Part shown: in pieces, positions 1-7,383 of the stretch
Layout: every line of letters starts with the position of its first letter
Position numbering within the stretch: the first letter of the stretch is position 1
The notes under the pieces: generated by a model
What the model was told of the DNA's origin: nothing
What the model saw: the letters and a program-made list of their open reading frames with translations, nothing else
The model's database searches: none
Made by a program: the position numbers and the translations under genes
DNA from: Candidatus Latescibacterota bacterium
GTDB taxonomy: Bacteria; Latescibacterota; UBA2968; GCA-2709665
Direction: 5' to 3'
Assembly (NCBI GenBank): GCA_965205485.1
Contig: OZ242180.1
Span: forward strand, 4,480,001-4,544,000
Length of the DNA stretch: 64,000 nucleotides

Positions 1-204
1 CCCGGGCTTGAGGTCTTCCTGCGCAAAGGGAAGATAATACATCCCGGCCGAAGGCGCGTTTTCCTTGAGGACCGATGAAACGGCCGATTCGTCCGCGAAT
101 TTGTTCGCAACCGCATTGTGCCAGGGCAATATCGTCCACGAGACGAACCCCCAGACGAACAGGACTACGGCGGACAGAACGACAGCGAGTATACAGTTCT
201 TCAC
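1..204 (-). CDS. Hypothetical membrane protein, N-terminal part (runs off the window; not in the ORF track)
   Basis: SD GAAGGAGGT at 211-219, GTG at 204, open frame MKNCILAVVLSAVVLFVWGFVSWTILPWHNAVANKF... to position 1, hydrophobic N-terminus. Confidence 0.8.
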   Translation of the reverse strand, partial: MKNCILAVVLSAVVLFVWGFVSWTILPWHNAVANKFADESAVSSVLKENAPSAGMYYLPFAQEDLKPG

Positions 205-225
205 GAAGAGACCTCCTTCAAGCGG

Positions 226-545
226 TTAACCTCGATTCGAGAATAGAAAACTGCTCAATTGGCCATGAAGAGCCTGAATGCGGGTAGAGGGTAGACCAAA
301 AGCGGTGAGACGGTAGCCGGTAGAGGGTAGAGAACCACACGACACCCCACCACTTGGTGAGACGTAAGCCGGGAGAGGGTAGAGATTACCTGCCTTGCGA
401 GGTTTCATTTCGTGCCGGAGGCAACTATGAATAACATACCCGGCAATGATATCATCTACCGTCTTACCTCTTCCGTCTCCCCTTATTTATTCTCCCGTCT
501 TGCGTCTCCCCGCTTTTTAAGGGGCCGGCGGAAGAGGTCCCGGAC
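226..545. mobile_element. MITE-like repeat family B, copy 1 (one end missing)
   Basis: Begins TTAACCTCGATTCG; aligns as the reverse complement of ~12820-13059; contains octamer GG(G/T)AGA(C/G) arms; abuts the VOC gene stop. Confidence 0.8.
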
Positions 546-908
546 TCAGTCGCCGACGTACTGGCGCAGTTCGAAGACGTTGCCTACCGGATCGGCGATG
601 ACGGCGATGCGCACGGGTATGCCGCCCCCGGCCTCCCGGACATTCCTGACCTCACCGCCGCCGGCCGCGACTTCCTTCACGGCGGCATCGAGATCGTCCA
701 CGTGGAGATTCAGACCGGCGTGCGCGACCGTGCCCTCCGTCATACCCTGGGACAGGATATGGAGCGCCACGATGCATCCTCCGCAGCGTAGCGTACTCCA
801 TCCCGTCGATTCGAATTCCACGTTCAGTCCGAGGACGTCGCGGTAAAACGGCAACGCTCTGTCCATATCATTGACGTAATGGACGACCATGGGTTGTGTA
901 GCGTTCAC
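546..908 (-). CDS. VOC/glyoxalase family protein
   Basis: YVNDMDRALPFYRDVLGL and ADPVGNVFEL motifs; SD AAGGGAG before GTG. Confidence 0.9.
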   Translation of the reverse strand: MNATQPMVVHYVNDMDRALPFYRDVLGLNVEFESTGWSTLRCGGCIVALHILSQGMTEGTVAHAGLNLHVDDLDAAVKEVAAGGGEVRNVREAGGGIPVRIAVIADPVGNVFELRQYVGD

Positions 909-922
909 GGAATTCTCCCTTT

Positions 923-1027
923 CGAAAAAACGATACTACGAGAATACGAAAAACCAAAAAGCGCGAAACTACGAAAAGGCGCGAGACTACGAAAAACCGA
1001 AAGAGTGCGAAACTGCGAATCTCGCGA
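923..1027. repeat. Degenerate short tandem repeat, ~13 CGA(A/G)-core units at 8-10 nt spacing
   Basis: CGA starts at 923, 931, 939, 947, 964, 972, 982, 990, 998, 1008, 1016 and 1025; includes GCGCGAAACTACGAAAA / GCGCGAGACTACGAAAA. Confidence 0.8.
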
Positions 1028-1031
1028 TGGG

Positions 1032-1766
1032 TCAATCCACGGCCGCAAATAGAGGCGGCACCAGGAGCATCACCCCGAATGCCATCAGGGCCATGTACAG
1101 AACACGCTGAAATCGTTCGGGTGCAATGCGCGCGCCGATGAAGCGGCCCAGCACCACGGCAAGAATGACGGCGGGTACGGCCGGCAGATAGAATCCGAAG
1201 ACGTCCCCCGTCCACAGTCCCGCCAACCCGTGGCTGGCTACGATGAGCAGCGTCGACGGCAAGAAGTACCCCTGAAGCGTCGCTCTGAAGCTTTCCGGGG
1301 GCCATCGCCGCAGGATCCCGTAGACGGCCACCGGCGCGGCGTTGACATTGTATGCGGCGCCGAATACGCCGGACACGAAGCCGAACGCGTACGCCCAACC
1401 GATAGGTTCCAGCTTCGGCAGGACGGGCGTCGAAAGGTTGTACAGACTGACGGCGATGAGCAAAATCCCCAGTACAACCTTGAAGACATCCTGTGGTACG
1501 TGACTCAGGATCAGCAGACCGACAGGAATACCGGGTATCGATGCGGCGAGCAAATGTAACGCGGACCTGACCTCCAGGTCCCGCCAGGTCCGGACCAGAA
1601 GCAGGGCGATTGTCGTCAGCATCGTCAGCCCGACCAGAGGCGTCGCTACTTCAACGTTCACTACTGTCACGAGCAACGGCATTGCTACCAGGGCCGTCCC
1701 GAACCCGAGCGTCGAATGGACCAACGCTGCCACAAACACGATGGCGACTACCGTAAACAATAGCAT
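1032..1766 (-). CDS. TauE/SafE (sulfite exporter) family membrane protein
   Basis: GFGTALVAMPLL start, ~8 TM segments, FRATLQGYF motif. Confidence 0.85.
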   Translation of the reverse strand: MLLFTVVAIVFVAALVHSTLGFGTALVAMPLLVTVVNVEVATPLVGLTMLTTIALLLVRTWRDLEVRSALHLLAASIPGIPVGLLILSHVPQDVFKVVLGILLIAVSLYNLSTPVLPKLEPIGWAYAFGFVSGVFGAAYNVNAAPVAVYGILRRWPPESFRATLQGYFLPSTLLIVASHGLAGLWTGDVFGFYLPAVPAVILAVVLGRFIGARIAPERFQRVLYMALMAFGVMLLVPPLFAAVD

Positions 1767-1775
1767 ATTGAACCG

Positions 1776-2720
1776 TCAGGAAGTGGCCCGAAGTCCGTCG
1801 AACCAGCGATCGAAATCGAACGGCGTTTCGAAGTCGGCCAGCCAATCGTCGGTAACCGGCTCCAGCTTGCCGTGGTCGGTATCGAGTACAGCAAGACAGC
1901 CAGGCTGAAATCCTTGCGCTTCAGGGTGATACAGCGGCGAAGCAACCACGCAATCGAGTCCGAGATACGTCGTCTGCCCATAGTGGGTGGGCCCGGAAAG
2001 GACATGGGCGTGACCGGCCACGTGAAACGTCGGGCGAGTACTCTCGATCAGGTCAGTGATCATGCGAGATCCATGAATGTTGCCTCTGAATCCGGTGCTG
2101 CTGCCGTACGGACCCTGATGAGTCACAAGCACGTCGATGCTTCCAGGCCCCAGAGCCAGAAGCGCTTCATACGCACCGCGATTTATGCCTGCTGCATCGC
2201 TGCGTTCCTCGACACCGCCGAGAAACGCGAATCGTAGTTTGCCGAACCTCATCACCGTACCGTCCGGGACGTAACGCAACAGTCCGAAACGATCGACGGC
2301 CGCTGTACCGGAACCCGAATCCCGCGGCAGTTGTTCCAGCCAGTTGAATTCTTCGTGATTGCCGCGAATGAAATGGACGGGCGTTCCAATGGATCCACCC
2401 AGCGTCGACAACGCCTCTGCGAGATCGGCGTCAGCTTGCATCTGACGAACAAAGTCGCGTTGTGACGGGTCCAGGGCAAAATGACGATTGGCGGTCTGCT
2501 CCAGGCTGGACATGTCCCGAAACGCTCCCATGTCCCCTACCTGAATCAGCATGTCGAAACGCCGGCCGTTTTGTTTCTGCCACGTTACAATCAGGGCGAG
2601 TGCGTGAAGCACACGCCCGTGCAAGTCACCTACAAAGCCAATGAGCACCTTTGTTACCGAGTTCTCCTTTCCGGGGTTCTCCCGGATCCCCTCCCAATGC
2701 GTATCTCCATCTCCGCGCAA
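1776..2720 (-). CDS. Calcineurin-like metallophosphoesterase (true start may be ~2650)
   Basis: GDLHG, QVGD, GNHE, VTH and GHAH motifs. Confidence 0.85.
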   Translation of the reverse strand: MRGDGDTHWEGIRENPGKENSVTKVLIGFVGDLHGRVLHALALIVTWQKQNGRRFDMLIQVGDMGAFRDMSSLEQTANRHFALDPSQRDFVRQMQADADLAEALSTLGGSIGTPVHFIRGNHEEFNWLEQLPRDSGSGTAAVDRFGLLRYVPDGTVMRFGKLRFAFLGGVEERSDAAGINRGAYEALLALGPGSIDVLVTHQGPYGSSTGFRGNIHGSRMITDLIESTRPTFHVAGHAHVLSGPTHYGQTTYLGLDCVVASPLYHPEAQGFQPGCLAVLDTDHGKLEPVTDDWLADFETPFDFDRWFDGLRATS

Positions 2721-2768
2721 ACAAAAACCGCCACCCTCGAAAGACCGGAAAGCAGCGATTGGTAGCGG
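2719..2768 (-). terminator. Probable intrinsic terminator after frr
   Basis: CCGCTACC...GGTGGCGG stem followed by TTTTTGTTT on the minus strand. Confidence 0.6.
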
Positions 2769-2782
2769 ACGACATCAAGGGC

Positions 2783-3349
2783 TCAGACCTCCATGATCTC
2801 CTCTTCCTTCCGCGCCAGCAACTTGTCGATTTCCTCCACGAAATCGTCGGTCAGCTTCTGCACCTGGTCCTGACCCTTTCTGGAGTCGTCTTCAGGTATC
2901 TCGCCCTCTTTCTGACCGTCTTTCAACATCTCGTTGGCGTCCCGCCGGGCATTTCTTACTGAGACCTTGCTGTCTTCCGCCATCTGGCGCACCACGCGCA
3001 CGAGTTCCGTGCGGCGTTCCTCCGTCAGGTGGGGTATCGGCAAGCGGATAACGGTCCCGTCACTGGACGGCGTGAGGCCCAGGTTCGACGTCTGGATGGC
3101 CTTTTCAATGGCCGGAATCGCGCTCTTGTCCCACGGCTGAAGTACGATCAGCCTCGGCTCCGGTATGCCGATGGTCGCAACCTGGTTCAGCGGCACCTGG
3201 GCGCCGTAATATTCGGCGCGAATATTGTCCAGCAGCGCCGTGTTTGCCCGTCCCGTTCGAACCGTTGACATTTCGTGCTGAAACGCTTCCACGGCTCTCG
3301 TCATCGATTGCCTGGTCTCTGAAAGAATCTCGTCAACCATCTCCTGCAT
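2783..3349 (-). CDS. frr: Ribosome recycling factor
   Basis: RTGRAN, QPWDKS, LTEERR and VRNARRDAN motifs. Confidence 0.98.
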   Translation of the reverse strand: MQEMVDEILSETRQSMTRAVEAFQHEMSTVRTGRANTALLDNIRAEYYGAQVPLNQVATIGIPEPRLIVLQPWDKSAIPAIEKAIQTSNLGLTPSSDGTVIRLPIPHLTEERRTELVRVVRQMAEDSKVSVRNARRDANEMLKDGQKEGEIPEDDSRKGQDQVQKLTDDFVEEIDKLLARKEEEIMEV

Positions 3350-3364
3350 CCCTTCGTGAAAAAC

Positions 3365-3964
3365 TCAGCTCTCCTCTCCAAGAACGAACCGCTCGAATCG
3401 CCTGACGGTCACGTTTTCGCCGCACTGGGCGATCAGATCCATCAACAGGTCTCTTACGGTCTTGTCCGGATCCTTCACGAAAGGCTGTTCCATAAGGCAC
3501 ACATCCTGATAATACTTCTCCAGACGCCCTTCCACGATCCGGTCGAGAACCCGTTCGGGCTTGCCCTCATCCAGCGCCTGCTGCCTGAAGATCCTTCGTT
3601 CCCGCTCGATGTTCGCCTCATCCAGCTGGTCCCGGCTCACGGCAACCGGCGCGCTGGCCGCGATGTGCATTGCAAGGTCCCTGGCGAAAGTCTGGAACTG
3701 ATCCGTTCGGGCAACGAAATCGGTCTCGCTGTTGACCTCCAGCATCACGCCGAGCTTGCTGCCGGTGTGAATGTAAGACGTAATCAAACCTTCCTTCGCC
3801 GTCCTGTTCGCACGGTCTTCCGCCTTGGCGACGCCACGCGTCCGCAGCAGCTCGATGGCCTTCTCCATATCCCCGTCGCTCTCGACGAGGGCCTTCTTGC
3901 AATCCATCATCCCCACGTTGGTCTTGGCCCGCAGTTCCTGAACCATCTTCGCAGAAATAGCCAT
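3365..3964 (-). CDS. tsf: Elongation factor Ts (short ~199-aa form)
   Basis: GMMDCKKAL, EVNSETDFVAR, MHIAA and VRRFERF motifs. Confidence 0.98.
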   Translation of the reverse strand: MAISAKMVQELRAKTNVGMMDCKKALVESDGDMEKAIELLRTRGVAKAEDRANRTAKEGLITSYIHTGSKLGVMLEVNSETDFVARTDQFQTFARDLAMHIAASAPVAVSRDQLDEANIERERRIFRQQALDEGKPERVLDRIVEGRLEKYYQDVCLMEQPFVKDPDKTVRDLLMDLIAQCGENVTVRRFERFVLGEES

Positions 3965-3997
3965 TTGTTCTCCCCGCAGGCGTGCGCCTTCCGGACG

Positions 3998-4762
3998 TTA
4001 TTCGTTGACTTCGGTGATTTCGGTAATCTCGGGACCAAGCATCTGGGGTTCGTCGTCTGTACGATCGGGACCTTCTATTCGGATCTTATGTCCCTCCAGC
4101 ACCGCGTCGGCGACCAGGCGTGTGATGAGTCCGATGGACCGGATGGCGTCGTCGTTTCCTGGAATCGGATAGTCGACGTCGTCCGGATTGCAGTTGGTGT
4201 CGACGATGGCCACGACCGGAATATTGAGACGTCTCGCTTCATGTACGGCGATCTTTTCCTTCTTTATGTCGACCACGAATACCAGTCCGGGCAGGCGGCC
4301 CATATCACGGATACCGCTCAAGGACCGCTCCAGCTTCTCACGCTCGCGCTCCAGCCGCAGTACCTCTTTCTTCGTCAACTTCTCGTAGGTCCCGTCCGCG
4401 CCCATCTTGTCGAGCGATTCGAGGCGCCGTATGCTCTGGCGAATGGTCTGGTAGTTCGTCAGCATGCCCCCAAGCCAGCGCTCGGTTACGTGGAACATCT
4501 CGCAGCGCTTCGCTTCGCGAAGAATCACGTCCTTCGCCTGCTTCTTGGTCCCCACGAAAAGTATCGATTCACCGCGTTCCACGGCCTCGCTGATCACACG
4601 GTAGGCTTCTTCGATCTGCCTCAGCGTTTTCTGCAGATCGATGATGTAGATGCCGTTGCGTTCAATGAAGATGAATTTTCTCATCTTCGGGTTCCAGCGG
4701 CGGGTCTGGTGCCCGAAGTGGACACCGGCCTCCAGCAGGGCCTTCATTTCTACAACAGCCAT
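3998..4762 (-). CDS. rpsB: 30S ribosomal protein S2
   Basis: [28 protein letters not shown] and [11 protein letters not shown]; start at MAVVEM after SD GGAGG. Confidence 0.98.
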   Translation of the reverse strand: MAVVEMKALLEAGVHFGHQTRRWNPKMRKFIFIERNGIYIIDLQKTLRQIEEAYRVISEAVERGESILFVGTKKQAKDVILREAKRCEMFHVTERWLGGMLTNYQTIRQSIRRLESLDKMGADGTYEKLTKKEVLRLEREREKLERSLSGIRDMGRLPGLVFVVDIKKEKIAVHEARRLNIPVVAIVDTNCNPDDVDYPIPGNDDAIRSIGLITRLVADAVLEGHKIRIEGPDRTDDEPQMLGPEITEITEVNE

Positions 4763-4775
4763 ACACCCCTCCATT

Positions 4776-4961
4776 GAAGCTGCTTTAAAAACCCCGGCGG
4801 TCTTCGCGCGGCTGCAAAAGCGCCGGTCGGCGTTGGCCAAACCCACCCGTCTTACGAGATCGAGGCTGCGCTTGCTCGCCTCTCATAGCCGGGTTTTCCC
4901 ACCTTGACCGTCACTTTTTCGCTCGCGCTCGGGAACTCACCAGTGATTTTAAAACAGCTTC
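4776..4961. mobile_element. MITE-like repeat family A, copy 1 (186 bp), in the rpsB 5' UTR
   Basis: TIRs GAAGCTGCTTTAAAA / TTTTAAAACAGCTTC; ends nearly identical to 44593-44780 and 61009-61221. Confidence 0.9.
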
Positions 4962-4971
4962 TGATACTTCA

Positions 4972-5046
4972 GGTTAATCCTCTGTGACCGTCATTCCGCA
5001 GACCCATCGGAAACCGACACCCGGCCTGAGGTCGGGACACATGTGA
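4972..5046 (-). ncRNA. rpsB leader (t44/S2 autoregulatory RNA)-like element
   Basis: UCACAUGUGUCCCG...GCCGGGUGUCGG...CACAGAGGAUUAACC resembles the GGGU / GAGG..UAACC pattern of rpsB leaders (recalled); expected position upstream of rpsB-tsf. Confidence 0.7.
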
Positions 5047-5097
5047 AATAGGCGCGTCGCCACGTGCGCGACACGCCGATGGCTGAACATCCATCGA

Positions 5098-5490
5098 TCA
5101 GCGCTTCGAAAACTGGAACCGTTTGCGCGCGCCCGGGCGGCCCGGCTTCTTACGCTCCACCTCTCGCGCGTCTCGGGTCAACAGCCCGGCCTCGCGCAGC
5201 GGCGTCTTGAGCTCTTCGTTCAGGGCAAGCAGACCCCTGGCGATACCCAGCCGAACGGCCCCGGCCTGGCCGCTGAGACCACCGCCCTTGGCGCTGGCAA
5301 CGATGTTGTATTGTCCGACCGTCTCCGTAACCGTCAGCGGCTGCTCGACGATCATCACCAGCGTCTCTCGCTTCAGATAATCCAGTATCGGCCTGCCGTT
5401 GATGGTGATTTCCCCGGATCCGGGAAACAGCTTCACGTTTGCCGTGGCCGACTTGCGCCGGCCTCTGGCAGAAGCAAGGATCTCTGCCAA
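5098..5490 (-). CDS. rpsI: 30S ribosomal protein S9
   Basis: GRRKSA, GGGLSGQAGAVRLGIAR and ARKRFQFSKR. Confidence 0.98.
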   Translation of the reverse strand: MAEILASARGRRKSATANVKLFPGSGEITINGRPILDYLKRETLVMIVEQPLTVTETVGQYNIVASAKGGGLSGQAGAVRLGIARGLLALNEELKTPLREAGLLTRDAREVERKKPGRPGARKRFQFSKR

Positions 5491-5534
5491 GACCCTACCT
5501 CCTCTCGTTCATCGATTCCTTCAAACTGCGGGAT

Positions 5535-5969
5535 TCAAGCAAGGTCGATCGCTTCGGGCGCCTGACTGTCGTGCGGATGATCGGGACCCGCGTAAATCCG
5601 GACCTTCTTCATCATCCTGCGACCCAGTTTCGTGCGTGGCAACATTCCCCGTATCGCATGCTCCAGCACGAACTCCGGCTGCGTTTCGAGCGCCCGCTTG
5701 AGGGTTTTGGTTTTCAGGCCGCCTGGATATCCGCTGAATCGTGTATACACCTTCTGGTCCGGTTTATTTGCGCCCTTGACCGTAATCTTGTCGGAGTTGA
5801 CCACGATAACGTGATCGCCGGTATCCACGTGGGATGTAAAATACGGCCTGTGTTTGCCCATCAGGATCCGGGCAACCTCGCTGGCAAAACGACCCAGCAC
5901 CTTACCCTCGGCATCAGCCAGAAACCACCTGCGTTCGACGTCAGACTTTTTAGCGCTTGGCGTATTCAT
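5535..5969 (-). CDS. rplM: 50S ribosomal protein L13
   Basis: WFLADAEGKVLGR, DTGDHVIVVN, SGYPGGLK and GMLP; start at MNTPSAK. Confidence 0.97.
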   Translation of the reverse strand: MNTPSAKKSDVERRWFLADAEGKVLGRFASEVARILMGKHRPYFTSHVDTGDHVIVVNSDKITVKGANKPDQKVYTRFSGYPGGLKTKTLKRALETQPEFVLEHAIRGMLPRTKLGRRMMKKVRIYAGPDHPHDSQAPEAIDLA

Positions 5970-6050
5970 AAATCCGAACGGCGTCCGCATCGACGCCGAA
6001 TTCAAACTCACCCCCTCTCCGTGACAAATCCACGCATTGTCAAGCCTCAG

Positions 6051-6079
6051 AAGATATAGAGCTCGTGTGACTTTGTCAA
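6051..6079 (-). promoter_or_regulatory. Sigma70-type promoter for rplM-rpsI
   Basis: TTGACA-N17-TATCTT. Confidence 0.7.
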
Positions 6080-6170
6080 GCACAAACCCGATTCAGCCCG
6101 TTGCAAAGGCCCCTCCGGGCCACGCCCGGTTCCCGCCCGCGGAGCGACTTTATCAACATACCCCTGAGAC

Positions 6171-6226
6171 AAAAAATGCGCCGCGATTCGGGAGCCGGTA
6201 CACCGGCCACATCTCCTCACGGCGCA
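6171..6226 (-). terminator. Intrinsic terminator of the small upstream transcript
   Basis: TGCGCCGTGA...TCGCGGCGCA stem followed by TTTTTT. Confidence 0.7.
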
Positions 6227-6370
6227 ACTCTTGAGACGGCTTCCATCTCACGGCGCCCCGCACGAGTCGCCGGGGCCCGTCAATACGACGGATCGCCTGT
6301 CTTTCGATGGCTGTTTAGATTCGCCAGGCGCGTTACCAGACGAGATGTTCTCCCGCACCCGGCAGCGCAC

Positions 6371-6406
6371 CTAACTACAGCCACCTCCACTGGTCGTTTC
6401 GCTCAT
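6371..6406 (-). CDS. Candidate 11-aa small ORF MSETTSGGGCS
   Basis: SD AAAGGAGGTG (6412-6421) 5 nt before ATG, just after the predicted TSS; TAG stop. Confidence 0.5.
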   Translation of the reverse strand: MSETTSGGGCS

Positions 6407-6433
6407 TTGACCACCTCCTTTCTGTGTAAGCGA

Positions 6434-6462
6434 AATATACGCCACCCGAAAAGGGAAGTCAA
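6434..6462 (-). promoter_or_regulatory. Sigma70-type promoter
   Basis: TTGACT-N17-TATATT. Confidence 0.75.
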
Positions 6463-6480
6463 AAGCTTTCTCCGGCCTGG

Positions 6481-7383
6481 TCAGGTCCTTGGATCCAGGG
6501 CGTCGCGCAATCCGTCTCCAAGCAGGTTGAATGCCAATACGGTCAGAAAAATCGCCACACCCGGAAACGTCAATACCCACGGCGCCCGAAGGACCAGTTC
6601 CCGTCCGCCGGTCAGCATGGCGCCCCACTCCGGCGCGGGCGGCTGCGCCCCCAATCCCAGGAAGCTCAGACCGGCCGCATCGAGGATTGCGGTAGCCAGA
6701 CCGAGCGTGGACTGCACGATCAGGGGCGTCAGACAGTTCGGGAGAACCGAAAAGAACAGGATATGGAAATCCCCCGCGCCAAGCGCCCGGACAGCCTGAA
6801 CGTAGTCCTGTCCGCGCACGGAGAGTGCGGATGCCCGTACCAGCCGGGCATATTGGGGCACCGCGACGATTCCGACCGCCAGCATCGCATTCTCCAACCC
6901 GGGGCCCAGGATCGCCACAATGGCGATAGCCAGGAGGATGCTGGGAAATGCGAGCATCAGGTCCATCGCACGCATCAACACCTGATCCAGCGCGCCGCCC
7001 CAGTACCCGGACACGAGGCCGATGGGAACGCCCAGTACCAGTGCGATCAGCACCGCGACAACCCCAATCCGCAGCGAAATCCGCGCACCGTGAATGACGC
7101 GGCTCAGAACGTCCCTTCCAAAGTCGTCCGTGCCGAACGGATACGCCAGCGACGGCGGCTGGAGACGTTCATAGAGATTCTGGGCATAGGGATCATGCGG
7201 CGCCGCCAGTGGCGCGGCGATAGCCAGCACCAGGAAGCCCAGCAGCAGCACGCCGCCCGCGGCCGCCAGCCGGTTCTTCAGGAGCCGTTTCCAGAACAGC
7301 CCGCCCCAGCCTGCGCCGGGCAGGACCTGCGGCATGTCGGCTTCAATAAACGTTCCCCCTGCCGGATGGGATGATCTGTTCAT
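6481..7383 (-). CDS. Dipeptide/oligopeptide ABC permease (DppC-like)
   Basis: FGTDDFGRDVLSR, EAA-like QAVRALGA and LSFLGLGAQPPAPEWG; ATGA overlap with the upstream gene. Confidence 0.93.
   Translation of the reverse strand: MNRSSHPAGGTFIEADMPQVLPGAGWGGLFWKRLLKNRLAAAGGVLLLGFLVLAIAAPLAAPHDPYAQNLYERLQPPSLAYPFGTDDFGRDVLSRVIHGARISLRIGVVAVLIALVLGVPIGLVSGYWGGALDQVLMRAMDLMLAFPSILLAIAIVAILGPGLENAMLAVGIVAVPQYARLVRASALSVRGQDYVQAVRALGAGDFHILFFSVLPNCLTPLIVQSTLGLATAILDAAGLSFLGLGAQPPAPEWGAMLTGGRELVLRAPWVLTFPGVAIFLTVLAFNLLGDGLRDALDPRT

Larger units (their letters stand above)
6171..6427 (-). ncRNA. Candidate structured small RNA / leader carrying an sORF (unclassified)
   Basis: Bounded by a promoter and a terminator; several hand-identified helices (6377-6385 with 6306-6314; 6358-6374 with 6324-6340; CCGTC/GACGG; GCCCCG/CGGGGC; TGAGATGG/CCGTCTCA). 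Confidence 0.55.

Noticed and set aside
923..1027. Possible CRISPR array
   Set aside because: Units are 8-10 nt with no unique spacers, and there are no cas genes
3356..4777. 473-aa plus-strand ORF and many similar long antisense ORFs (e.g. 7371-8507, 19047-20471, 33617-34903)
   Set aside because: They are shadows of well-supported opposite-strand genes, expected from high-GC codon bias, and show no recognisable motifs
4763..4846. N-terminal extension of RpsB ([10 protein letters not shown]...) and similar peptides at 44572 and 61151
   Set aside because: These are translations of the family A repeat; the true rpsB start has its own SD at 4762
6248..6406. Pyrrolysine recoding of the sORF TAG
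   Set aside because: No pyl genes in the window and no supporting context; kept only as a generic readthrough hypothesis
6170..6430. tmRNA, SRP RNA, RNase P, 6S RNA or tRNA identity for the small transcript
   Set aside because: I could not find their hallmark sequences (tRNA-like ends, SRP GGAA loop motif, RNase P P4, single long 6S rod) by eye; cmscan is needed to exclude them formally
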